From Thermoanaerobaculia bacterium (GTDB lineage Bacteria; Acidobacteriota; Thermoanaerobaculia; Multivoradales; Multivoraceae), in NCBI GenBank assembly GCA_963666565.1, contig OY762911.1, positions 4,096,001 to 4,160,000 on the forward strand: a stretch of 64,000 nt of DNA. The letters are read 5' to 3'. Shown piece after piece: positions 48,892-57,897 of the stretch; position 1 is the stretch's first letter; each line of letters starts with the position of its first letter. The notes below the pieces were generated by a model. It searched no databases. It saw nothing but the letters and a program-made list of their open reading frames with translations, and was not told the origin of the DNA. A program made the translations under genes and the position numbers.

Positions 48892-50406
48892 TTACCTTCT
48901 GAGCAGGGATACGGCGGCGATCGTTCCCGGCAGGCCGGTCAGGCCGCCCCCGGGATGGCAACCGGCGCCGCCCAGCCACAGGCCCTCGACCGGGAGCGGC
49001 TCGCCCGCCCAGGCCGACGCCGTCGGCCGCAGCCACAGGCTCTGCGACGGGTTCATCTCGCCGTGGTGAAGACCGCCGGCCGTGGCGCCGTAGTCCGCCT
49101 CGAAGTCGGCGGGAAGCAGCAGCGCGTGCTCCCGGACCAGGCCGCCGATTCCTGGCGCCCACCGTTCGAGTTCGGCCGCCATCCGCTCCAGAAGCTCCGG
49201 GCCGCCCGCGTCCCAGCCGCCCTCGAGGTCGAACGGCAGGTGGTGCGCCGTCGCCAGCAGCAGGTGGCGTCCCGGCGGCGCCAGCGACGGATCGAGAGCC
49301 GTGGGAAGCGCCGCCTCGATCCACGGACGCTCCGGCAGCCGGCGGTACTTCGCGGCGTCGGCGGCACGTTCAATGAAGTCGGGGCGCTCCGCCAGGACGA
49401 TCCGCCCGGTCAGCGCCGGCCGCTCCAGCCCGGGAAACTCCGGCAGCCCGTCGAGCGACAGGGCCAGCCGCGCGGCGGCGCCGCGGTACTTCACGTTCAG
49501 CAGTCGCCGCACGAAACGCGGTTCGAGGTTCGGCGCGCCGATCAGGTCGAGGAAGGTCACGGCCGGCGTCGCGGTGGAGATGACGGCCCCGGCCTCGATC
49601 CGTTCGCCGTCGGCCAGGCGCACACCGGCGACGCGGCCCGCCTCGACGAGGATGCGGGAGACGGCGGCGCCGGTGCGGATCTCCGCTCCCGAGGCCGCGG
49701 CCGAAGCGGCCAGCGCGGCGGCGAACGCCCCGGCGCCGCCGCGCGACCGCACCACCGGCGCCAGCCGGTCCGAGCCGCTCAGGGCGCAGTGATAGAGCAG
49801 CGGCCAGCCGGTTCCGTTGGCGCGCGGGCCGAGCCCCGTCGCCGGGAGCGCGATGCCCGCGAGACCGGCGAGGAGCGACGGATTCTCGAAGCGCTCGCGC
49901 AGCATCTCGTCGAGCGGCGAACTCAGCACGCGCAGGAGCTCCGGCTCGATGAGCAGCCGCCCCATGTCGGCGAGTTCCGGCGGCCGGCAGAGGAGCGGCT
50001 CGAGCGCAGCGGCGCGCTCGGCCAGTTCGAACACGAAGCCCGGCCAGGCGGCGGCGTCCCGCCGGCTGACCCGGCCCAGGCCCTCGACGGTGCGCGCGAC
50101 CTCCGGCCACAGCACGACGGCGCTCGCGCCTTCCGTCGCCGGCACGGCGGCGACCGCCGGCGCCTCGATCGCCTCCAGCCCGTGCGCGCCAAGTTCCAGT
50201 TCCTCCATCACGGAACGGCGGAACATCCCCAGGTCGTTGCTTCCCACATCGACCCGGTGGCCGGGGATGAGCTGCCGCGTCGAGGCGAGACCGCCGAGTT
50301 CCGGGCGCGCCTCCAGCAGGACGACGTCCCGGCCCGAACGCGCCAGCAGCGCCGCCGCGACCAGTCCGTTGTGGCCGCCGCCTACGATCGCGACCCGGCC
50401 GCTCAC
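48892..50406 (-). CDS. Phytoene desaturase/PYROXD2-like FAD oxidoreductase (second copy)
   Basis: GGGHNGL, D.SLAPPG.H, G.LHHGE and GAGCHPGGG. Confidence 0.85.
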   Translation of the reverse strand: MSGRVAIVGGGHNGLVAAALLARSGRDVVLLEARPELGGLASTRQLIPGHRVDVGSNDLGMFRRSVMEELELGAHGLEAIEAPAVAAVPATEGASAVVLWPEVARTVEGLGRVSRRDAAAWPGFVFELAERAAALEPLLCRPPELADMGRLLIEPELLRVLSSPLDEMLRERFENPSLLAGLAGIALPATGLGPRANGTGWPLLYHCALSGSDRLAPVVRSRGGAGAFAAALAASAAASGAEIRTGAAVSRILVEAGRVAGVRLADGERIEAGAVISTATPAVTFLDLIGAPNLEPRFVRRLLNVKYRGAAARLALSLDGLPEFPGLERPALTGRIVLAERPDFIERAADAAKYRRLPERPWIEAALPTALDPSLAPPGRHLLLATAHHLPFDLEGGWDAGGPELLERMAAELERWAPGIGGLVREHALLLPADFEADYGATAGGLHHGEMNPSQSLWLRPTASAWAGEPLPVEGLWLGGAGCHPGGGLTGLPGTIAAVSLLRR

Positions 50407-50479
50407 GGTGCGCCCCCTTCCCCGCCGGAGGCAGGCGTCTCGGCGTTGTGGCTGCCGCCGACGATCGCGACGCGGCGGC

Positions 50480-52219
50480 TCAACGGCCTTCCCCTTCGCC
50501 TTCCCCGCCGGAGGCCGGCGTTCCGGCGCCTCTCAGATCGCTCAGCACCCGCAGCGCGGCGAGCCGGGCGGGTCCGCCCGAGATGCCGCCGCCGAACTGG
50601 GTCGACGAACCGCACAGGTAGTAGCCGGGCAGCGGCGTCCGGAACGACGCCGCGGCCGGGTCCGGCCGCAGCAGGAAGAGCTGCGAGAGCCGCAACTCGC
50701 CGTGGAAGATGTTGCCGCCCGGAATGCCCGCGATCCGTTCGATGTCGGGCGGCACGAGTACCTGCCGGTGCAGGACCTGGTTCTCGATGCCCGGCGCGTA
50801 CTCGGCGAGCGTCCGCACCACGGCGTCGCCGAACGCCTCGCGTTGCGCGTCGCTCCAGGCCCCGTCCGCCAGCTCGTAGGGCGCGTACTGCACGAAGCAG
50901 GAGAGGACGTGCTTGCCCGGCGGCGCCATGTCCGGGTCGAGGACGGACGGGACGATCATGTCGATGAAGGGCCGCTCCGAGAAGCCGCCGTACTTCGCGT
51001 CGTCGTAGGCGCGGTCGACGTAGTCGAGACCCGGGACGATCGTGATGCCGCCCGACAGGTGGGGGCCCGGTTCCGGCATGCACTCGAAGCGCGGCAGGCC
51101 GGAGATCGCCAGGTTCACCTTGCCGGCGCAGCCGCGGCTCCGCCACCGGGCCGCGCGCTCGACCAGCCCGGCGCCGCCGTCGCCCGGAACGTCGGCCGGA
51201 TCGAGAAGGCCGCCGAGGCTGATCTGCGGCGCCGCCGACGACACGACGACGCCGGCACGAAGCTCGTCGCCATTCGCGAGCGCGACGCCCGACGCCCGGC
51301 CGTCGCGGGCCAGCACCCGCGCAACCGGACAGCCGGTGCGGATCTCGGCGCCGTGGCTTCGCGCCGCCGAGGCGATCGCCGCCGCCACCGCTCCGGTGCC
51401 ACCCTTCTGAAATCCCCACTCCCGGTACACGCCGTCGACCTCGCCCATGTAGTGGTGCAGCAGCACATACGCCGAGCCCGGCGTCCGCGGCGACAGCATC
51501 GATCCGATGATGCTGGAGCTCGAGAGCGCGGCCACGAGCGCGTCCGTCTCGAACCACTGGCCGAGGAAGTCGGCCGAGCTCATCGTCAGCATCTGCACGA
51601 AGGAGCGCAGCCGGGCCGCCGGCAGGTCGAGGAAGTAGCGGGCGATGTCGGCGACCTCCGCCGACACCTCGACGTCCATGTGCTCCGACTCCAGACTCTC
51701 GCCGACCCGGTCGCCGATCGCCGCGGCCAGTTCGTCGGGCGCCGCCCGTTGCAGCCGGTACATCAGGTGGCCCATCCGGCGCATCTCCAGCTTGTACTCG
51801 AACAGGGCCTCGGCGTCGCGCCGCGAGTGGCGGGCGATGTGACGGTACGTCCGCCGCGGATCCGCCTCGCGGAACAGGCAGTCGCCGCCCGGCAGCGGGT
51901 TCAGGGTGCTCGCCGTGGGCACGAGGAACAGGCCGTGACGGACGAGGTCGAGTTCGTGGATGACCTCGGGCCGCAGCAGCGAGACGAGGTAGGAGAAGAC
52001 GCTGAACCGGAAGCCCGGGAAGGCCTCCTCGCTGCGGGTGGCGCCGCCGATGTCCGGCGAGGCCTCCAGCACGACGACGTCGAGGCCGGCGCGGGCGAGG
52101 TAGGCCGCGGCGACCAGCCCGTTGTGGCCGGCGCCGACGACGATCGCGTCGAAGCGGCCGCCGCGGCGGTCCGGCGGTCCGCTGCCGGCTGCGGCCGCCG
52201 CCGTCGCCTCGGTCGTCAT
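50480..52219 (-). CDS. Phytoene desaturase/PYROXD2-like FAD oxidoreductase (first copy)
   Basis: GAGHNGL, GFRFSVFSYLVSLLRPE, AYVLLHHYMG and GGNIFHGE. Confidence 0.88.
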   Translation of the reverse strand: MTTEATAAAAAGSGPPDRRGGRFDAIVVGAGHNGLVAAAYLARAGLDVVVLEASPDIGGATRSEEAFPGFRFSVFSYLVSLLRPEVIHELDLVRHGLFLVPTASTLNPLPGGDCLFREADPRRTYRHIARHSRRDAEALFEYKLEMRRMGHLMYRLQRAAPDELAAAIGDRVGESLESEHMDVEVSAEVADIARYFLDLPAARLRSFVQMLTMSSADFLGQWFETDALVAALSSSSIIGSMLSPRTPGSAYVLLHHYMGEVDGVYREWGFQKGGTGAVAAAIASAARSHGAEIRTGCPVARVLARDGRASGVALANGDELRAGVVVSSAAPQISLGGLLDPADVPGDGGAGLVERAARWRSRGCAGKVNLAISGLPRFECMPEPGPHLSGGITIVPGLDYVDRAYDDAKYGGFSERPFIDMIVPSVLDPDMAPPGKHVLSCFVQYAPYELADGAWSDAQREAFGDAVVRTLAEYAPGIENQVLHRQVLVPPDIERIAGIPGGNIFHGELRLSQLFLLRPDPAAASFRTPLPGYYLCGSSTQFGGGISGGPARLAALRVLSDLRGAGTPASGGEGEGEGR

Positions 52220-53838
52220 TCGCCGGCGCCCCGCGGCGCGGTCGCCGGCGCGGCCCGCCGTTCGCTCCGGCCTTCGCCCTCGGGGCGGCCTTCACGTCCG
52301 GGGCGGCCTTCACGTTCGGGACGGCCGCCCGGAACCAGGGCCGGATCGACCGCCGTCTTGCGCCGCGGCTGGAAGAACGGCCGCTTCACGACTCGCGCCC
52401 GGGCGCGGCGCCGGCCGTAGCCCACCGCGACCTCGACGTCCAGCTCGGTCCCGAGGGCGGCCGCCTCCGCCTCCACCGTGGCGAGGCCGACGTACTTCTT
52501 GAGCACGGGCGAGAAGAACCGGGTGGTGCACTGGCCGACCTGCTCTCCGCCGGCAGCGAACACCGGCGTCGGCTCGCGGCACGCCGGCTCGCCCACGACC
52601 GGCGGGCGCAGGTCGATCTCGGACCACAGCCGCTCCAGCTCGAACCAGTCGACCTCCAGGCCGACCGTCGCCCAGGCCGGTCCGCGGTGGCGTTGCCGTT
52701 CGAGCGCGCGGCGGCCCACGAAGTCGGCCCGCTTGTCGAGCTTCACGGTGAAGCCGAGGCCCGCCTCCGCCGGCGTCACCTTCAGCGCCTCGATCTCGGC
52801 GTGCGCCGCCGACACGTAGTCGACGTCGATCAGCACCAGGCCCGCTTCGGCCCTCGCCATGTCGAGCGCCAGCAGGCCGGCGGGCAGGAGCCCGTGGTCC
52901 CTGCCGGCCTCGGCGAGGGCGTCCCACAGCGCCTCCGCGTGCTCGGCCGCCGCCCAGATCTCGTAACCGAGGTCGCCGGTGTAGCCGGTCCGGGTCACCG
53001 TGACGGGAACGCCCCGACCGTCGCCAGCCAGGTCGCCGAGCTCGCCTTCAGCCAGATCGAAGTAGCGCATCGCGCCGAAGTCGATGCCGGCCACGGCGGC
53101 CTCGGCCACCGCCCGCGCCCGCGGCCCCTGGAGCGCCAGTACGCCCATCTCTTCCGAGACGTCCCGCACCTCGGCGTCCATGCCCCAACCGCAGTCCTCG
53201 AACCAGCGCAGGCAGGGCTCCGCGGCGCTCACCAGGAACCGGTCGGCTTCCAGCCGCTGCACGTTGCCGTCCTGCAGCAGGTGGCCGTCCTCGTTGCACC
53301 ACGAGGAGTACGCGACCCGGCCGACCCGGCAGGCCGTCATGTCCCGCGTCATCACGCGGTCCAGCAGCCGCTCCGCGTCGGCGCCCGCGACCTCGTACTT
53401 GAAGAGCGGCGAGACGTCGAAGAGGGCGGCCGCGTTGCGGACCGCCCAGTACTCGCGCTCGGGCGTCGGTTCGTAGGTCTCGGCGCAGGCGTAGCCCGAC
53501 CAGTCGCGCCATGCGCCGCTCTCGCAGGCCGCCGAGGCGCGCCGATGGAACGGCGTCCGCAGCGGTTCGAGCAACCGCGGACCGTTGCGGCGCGGCGGCC
53601 GCACGCCGCCGCCAAACCCGCTCTCGGGCTGCCACCGGTAGGCCCGGCCGTCCGCGCCGCGGCCGATCAGCCCCTCCGCCTCCAGCACGCCGAGCAGCCG
53701 GTGCGTCGTCGACGGATGGAGCCCGTGCGCCGCCGCCAGCTCCGACAACCGGTGCTCCGGCCGCTCCGCCGTGAACGACCGGTAGAGCGACAGCGCCCGC
53801 TGGATGGCCTGCGTTCCCTGCGGCGCCTGGCGCGACAT
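52216..53838 (-). CDS. IclR-type HTH fused to GcvT-family aminomethyltransferase
   Basis: N-terminal QAIQRAL..LSELA...GLHPSTTHRLL.VL...GLI; then TPFH, EYWAVRN..LFDVS, ALQGP, TRTGYTGDLGYE and R.EAG. Confidence 0.85.
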   Translation of the reverse strand: MSRQAPQGTQAIQRALSLYRSFTAERPEHRLSELAAAHGLHPSTTHRLLGVLEAEGLIGRGADGRAYRWQPESGFGGGVRPPRRNGPRLLEPLRTPFHRRASAACESGAWRDWSGYACAETYEPTPEREYWAVRNAAALFDVSPLFKYEVAGADAERLLDRVMTRDMTACRVGRVAYSSWCNEDGHLLQDGNVQRLEADRFLVSAAEPCLRWFEDCGWGMDAEVRDVSEEMGVLALQGPRARAVAEAAVAGIDFGAMRYFDLAEGELGDLAGDGRGVPVTVTRTGYTGDLGYEIWAAAEHAEALWDALAEAGRDHGLLPAGLLALDMARAEAGLVLIDVDYVSAAHAEIEALKVTPAEAGLGFTVKLDKRADFVGRRALERQRHRGPAWATVGLEVDWFELERLWSEIDLRPPVVGEPACREPTPVFAAGGEQVGQCTTRFFSPVLKKYVGLATVEAEAAALGTELDVEVAVGYGRRRARARVVKRPFFQPRRKTAVDPALVPGGRPEREGRPGREGRPEGEGRSERRAAPATAPRGAGE

Positions 53839-53950
53839 GGCGCGCATGATCGCACATCGTGGAAGGTCCTCGGGTGGAGAGGACCGGTCCGGCGGCGGCC
53901 CCGCCGCCGACGGCGCACGGCGCGGCGCGGCGTTCCGGGCGCCTGCCGGT

Positions 53951-56536
53951 CTACCGGCCCCAGCGATAGTGGAGGCGCGCGTAGTAGTAGCCGCCGCCCA
54001 GGCCCCAGGGCGTGAACTGGCTGTAGGGCAGGCCGAAGCGGTCGGCGAACAGGTCCATGCGGTCCGAGAACGTGTCGAAGACGTTCTGGCCTCCCAGCGC
54101 GAGCGTCGCATCGCGCACGAGCGGGATGCCGACCTCCAGGTCGAGGATGTAGCGCCCGGAGAGCACCGGCGCCTCGGCGCGCCGCACCGAGCGGGCGTCC
54201 AGGTGGTCGACCCAGGACCCGAACCAGTGCAGGCGGGCCAGAACGTCGACCGGCCCGATGCCCTGTTCGACGGCCAGGTTCCACCGCGTCTTCGGCACGC
54301 CGCGCTCCAGGGCGAGCACGTCGCCGGGGCCGAGCAGGGCCGAGTCCTTGGTCACTTCCGTCTCCGTGCGGTTGAACGCCAGACTGAACACGGTGTCGCC
54401 GCCGAGCGCCGGCGGCGCCCAGGTCGAGACGACGTCGATTCCCCGCGTGCGCGTCGAGAAGTCGTTGATGAAGAACCGGAACGAGGACAGCGTGCGCGCC
54501 GACGCGATCCCCTCCGACAGCAGCAGCGCGCGCTCGTCCTCCGCGAGCACGAAGAACTGCGAAAGGGCGAGGCGTTTGTCGACGTCGACGTGGAATGCGT
54601 CGGCGGTAAGCGTGAACGACCCCCTGTCGATCACCAGCCCCGCCGTCGCGTTCGTCGACGTCTCGGGTTCGAGCGGCTGCCCGCCGCGAAGCTGCGCGGC
54701 GAGGAAGGTCGAGGGCACGGTGGCGCTGTCGACCAGGTCGAGCGTCTCCGGGTTGATCGTCGACTGCACGTTGAACACGTTCTGCTGACCGGGCGTGGGG
54801 GCGCGGAAACCGGTGCTGACGCCGCCGCGCACGGCCACGGCGTCGGTCAGCGCGTAGCGGCCCGACAGCTTGCCGTTCGTCGTGTCGCCGAAGATGTCGA
54901 AGTGCTCGAACCGCAGGGCGCCGCCGACCGTCCAGCGGCCGTCCGGGTCCCGCAGTTCCAGGTCGCCGTAGACGGCCGCGTTGGCGCGGTTCCAGGTTCC
55001 GGCCGTGTAGTCGGGGAAGCCGGCGAATCCGTTCGACCCGGAGACGAACCCCTGCGCGGCGTAGGGACCGACCTCCCACGACGGCCGCTCGCCGGCGCGG
55101 ATGGTGAACCGCTCGTCGCGCCACTCCGCGCCGCCGGCCAGATGAAGGCGCTCGCCCACGGCGTAGGAGACGTCGAAGTTCAGGTTCAGTTCGGCCTGCC
55201 GGTAGACGCCCGGGTCGAAGTCGCGCGGCGTCGCCGGGCCGAGCGAGGCGTTGACCGTGTTGAACAGGAAGAAGTCCGCCTCGTGGCTGCCGTAGGCGGC
55301 GCTGACATCCCAGGTCAGGCCGTTCTTCATCGTCCGGCGCAGGCCCGCCACGGCGGAGGCGTCGGTGATCACGCCGCTGAACCAGGGAGTGAAGCCGCCC
55401 GGAGCGACCTCCTGGAAGGTGAAGCAGTTCGGGTCGGCGAACACTTGCGCCAGCGCGTCCTGGTCCGGCCGGTTGCCCGTGATCGTCACGGTCGGGCATC
55501 CCGCCGAGCCGTCCCGCACGCCGTCCCGCGCGTCGAGCACGTCGCCGACGAGCAGCGTGCGGCCACCGTCCAGGCTGAAGATGTTGGCGCGGGTGTTGGG
55601 ATTGCGGTAGTAGAAACCCTGCGTCGCCGTCTTCTCGGCGTAGTTGGCGTGCCCGTACACCTGTGCGCCGTTCCCAAGCAGCTTGCCGAAGTTGCCGAAC
55701 AGCTTCAGGTCGTCCTCGTACTCCGAATCGCCCCAGACCTGCGCCGGGTCGCGGACGTTCGCGTTGCCGGCGGCGATCAGCGCCGCCGCGTCGGCCCGCT
55801 GCACGCTGCGGCTCGTCGGGTCGGCGTTGCCGTACTCCATGCTCAGATGCGCGAACCCGTTCTCGCCCAGGGGCAGCCCGACGTCGCCGGCAATCGTGTA
55901 CGCCCGGCCGTCGCCCGCGCCGTAGCCGCCGCTCTTCACCTCCAGGCTGCCGCCGGAGGGCGAGTCCTTGAGCAGGAAGTTCATGACGCCGGCGATCGCG
56001 TCCGAGCCGTACTGCGCCGAGGCGCCGTCGCGCAGCACCTCGACCTGGCGCAGCGCGGTCGCGGGGATGGTCGAGAGATCGGGCCCCTGGGTGCCGTCGG
56101 TGACGCCGCCGAACCACACCAGGATCGCCGAGCGGTGGCGGCGCTTGCCGTTGACCAGCACCAGCGTGTGGTCGTGCGCCAGGTTGCGCAGGCTGGCCGG
56201 CCTCACGAGCGACGCCGCGCCGCTGATGGGATGCGTGGCGACGTTGAACGAGGGCACGAGGTTCCGCAACTGGTAGTCGAGGCTGGCGGCGCCCTGACGG
56301 GCAACGTCTTCGACCGGGATGGCGTCGATCGGGACGGACGACTCGGTCGCCGACCGGGGTCGCGCGCGGCTTCCGACCACCACGAGTTCTTCGTCGAACT
56401 CCGCGACCTCCTCTGAGACCTCCTCCGAGACCTGTTCCTCCGCGGGCGGCGCCGTCGCCTCGGCCTCCTGGGCGCGAACCGCGACGGGCGCCGCGGACGC
56501 GCCGAGCAGGACGGCGAGCAGGAAGAGACGCGACAC
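53951..56536 (-). CDS. TonB-dependent outer-membrane receptor
   Basis: Signal peptide, ELVVVGSR, LVLVNGKRRH, VEVLRDGASAQYGSDAIAGV and GFRAPT. Confidence 0.92.
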   Translation of the reverse strand: MSRLFLLAVLLGASAAPVAVRAQEAEATAPPAEEQVSEEVSEEVAEFDEELVVVGSRARPRSATESSVPIDAIPVEDVARQGAASLDYQLRNLVPSFNVATHPISGAASLVRPASLRNLAHDHTLVLVNGKRRHRSAILVWFGGVTDGTQGPDLSTIPATALRQVEVLRDGASAQYGSDAIAGVMNFLLKDSPSGGSLEVKSGGYGAGDGRAYTIAGDVGLPLGENGFAHLSMEYGNADPTSRSVQRADAAALIAAGNANVRDPAQVWGDSEYEDDLKLFGNFGKLLGNGAQVYGHANYAEKTATQGFYYRNPNTRANIFSLDGGRTLLVGDVLDARDGVRDGSAGCPTVTITGNRPDQDALAQVFADPNCFTFQEVAPGGFTPWFSGVITDASAVAGLRRTMKNGLTWDVSAAYGSHEADFFLFNTVNASLGPATPRDFDPGVYRQAELNLNFDVSYAVGERLHLAGGAEWRDERFTIRAGERPSWEVGPYAAQGFVSGSNGFAGFPDYTAGTWNRANAAVYGDLELRDPDGRWTVGGALRFEHFDIFGDTTNGKLSGRYALTDAVAVRGGVSTGFRAPTPGQQNVFNVQSTINPETLDLVDSATVPSTFLAAQLRGGQPLEPETSTNATAGLVIDRGSFTLTADAFHVDVDKRLALSQFFVLAEDERALLLSEGIASARTLSSFRFFINDFSTRTRGIDVVSTWAPPALGGDTVFSLAFNRTETEVTKDSALLGPGDVLALERGVPKTRWNLAVEQGIGPVDVLARLHWFGSWVDHLDARSVRRAEAPVLSGRYILDLEVGIPLVRDATLALGGQNVFDTFSDRMDLFADRFGLPYSQFTPWGLGGGYYYARLHYRWGR

Positions 56537-56581
56537 GGCGGGATAATGGCACACGCGGGCCGCCCCGCTAGGATTCGCCCC

Positions 56582-57766
56582 ATGGACACGCTCACGGTTC
56601 CGCGCAAGGCGCCCCGGCCCCTGGACGGCCGGCTCTACACCGACCCCGCCGTCTTCGACGAGGAGATGGAGCGCATCTTCTCGCCGATGTGGGTGTGCGG
56701 CGGGCGGATCGAGGAGCTGGACGAGCCGGGCCGGTTCGTGACCCGCGAGATCGGCGGCGAATCGATCGTCGCGGTGCGAACCGCGGCGGGGCCGGGCGGC
56801 TCGCCGGTCGACCGCGCATCCGCCGGGAACGGGCACGGCGGCCGTGACGGCGACGCCGGTGCCGCGAGCGGCGCGTCCTCCGGTCTGGCCGCGTTCTTCA
56901 ACGTCTGCCGGCACCGCGGCGCCCGGGTGGTCGACGAGTGCGCCGGGAACGCGAAGGTGTTCCAGTGCCCGTACCACGCCTGGACCTACGGGCTCGACGG
57001 CCGGCTCGTCGGCGCGCCGCACATGGACGCCGACTTCGACGCCGCGAGCGCCGGCCTGGCGCCGGTACGGATCGACGCGCTCGGCGGTTTCTTCTTCCTG
57101 TCCCTGGCGCCCGAAGGGCCGCCGCTCGCCGAGGTCGCCGCCGACCTGCCGGATCTCTCGCGGTTCACGCTCGACCGGCTCGTCCGCGGCGCGTACCGCG
57201 AGTACGAGGCGGCCGCCAACTGGAAGATCCTGTGCGAGAACTACAACGAGTGCTACCACTGCGCGGTCGTCCACCCGGAACTCAACCGGATCTCGGACTA
57301 CCGCAGCGGCGGCGACCTGGAGTTCGGGCGCTACTTCGTCGGCGGACCGATGACGCTCAACGACGGCTGCAACACGATGTCGGCGTCCGGCTACAGCGAC
57401 CGTCCCGACCTGCCGGCCATCGGCGCCGCCGACCGGACCTCGGTCCAGTACTACCACGTCTACCCCAACCTGCTGATCAGCCTGCACCGGGACTACGTGA
57501 TGACCCACATCCTGTGGCCGGTGGAGGCGAACCGGACCCGGATCGTCTGCGAGTGGCTGTTCGATCCCGAAACCGTCGCCGCGCCCGATTTCGACCCCTC
57601 CGACGCGGTCGACTTCTGGCACCTGGTCAACAGCCAGGACTGGGACGTCTGCGCCCGCACGCAACTCGGCGTCGGCTCGCGCGGCTACCGCCCCACCGCC
57701 TACGAGGGCAGCGAGGCCTGCCTCCAGGTCTTCGACGGCTGGTATCTCGATCAGATGGGCCTGTGA
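56582..57766 (+). CDS. Rieske non-heme iron oxygenase alpha subunit (GbcA/Stc2/CntA-like group)
   Basis: NVCRHRG..CPYHAW Rieske motif; NWK..ENYNECYHC..VHPE; QDW..C. Confidence 0.88.
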   Translation: MDTLTVPRKAPRPLDGRLYTDPAVFDEEMERIFSPMWVCGGRIEELDEPGRFVTREIGGESIVAVRTAAGPGGSPVDRASAGNGHGGRDGDAGAASGASSGLAAFFNVCRHRGARVVDECAGNAKVFQCPYHAWTYGLDGRLVGAPHMDADFDAASAGLAPVRIDALGGFFFLSLAPEGPPLAEVAADLPDLSRFTLDRLVRGAYREYEAAANWKILCENYNECYHCAVVHPELNRISDYRSGGDLEFGRYFVGGPMTLNDGCNTMSASGYSDRPDLPAIGAADRTSVQYYHVYPNLLISLHRDYVMTHILWPVEANRTRIVCEWLFDPETVAAPDFDPSDAVDFWHLVNSQDWDVCARTQLGVGSRGYRPTAYEGSEACLQVFDGWYLDQMGL

Positions 57767-57897
57767 CCGGCCGGCCACCGAGCCCGAGAACCCGGCGCCG
57801 CGGGTGCGCGGCGCCGGTCCGCGTGCCGGTCGGCATCCGCCCCGGCCGTGCCGCCGCGGTGCGCGGATCCCGGCGACGCGGCGGCTGAGGACTCGCC

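Noticed and set aside
48892-52219. Carotenoid biosynthesis (crtI) genes
   Set aside because: No crtB, crtE or crtY nearby; the context is C1/amine metabolism.
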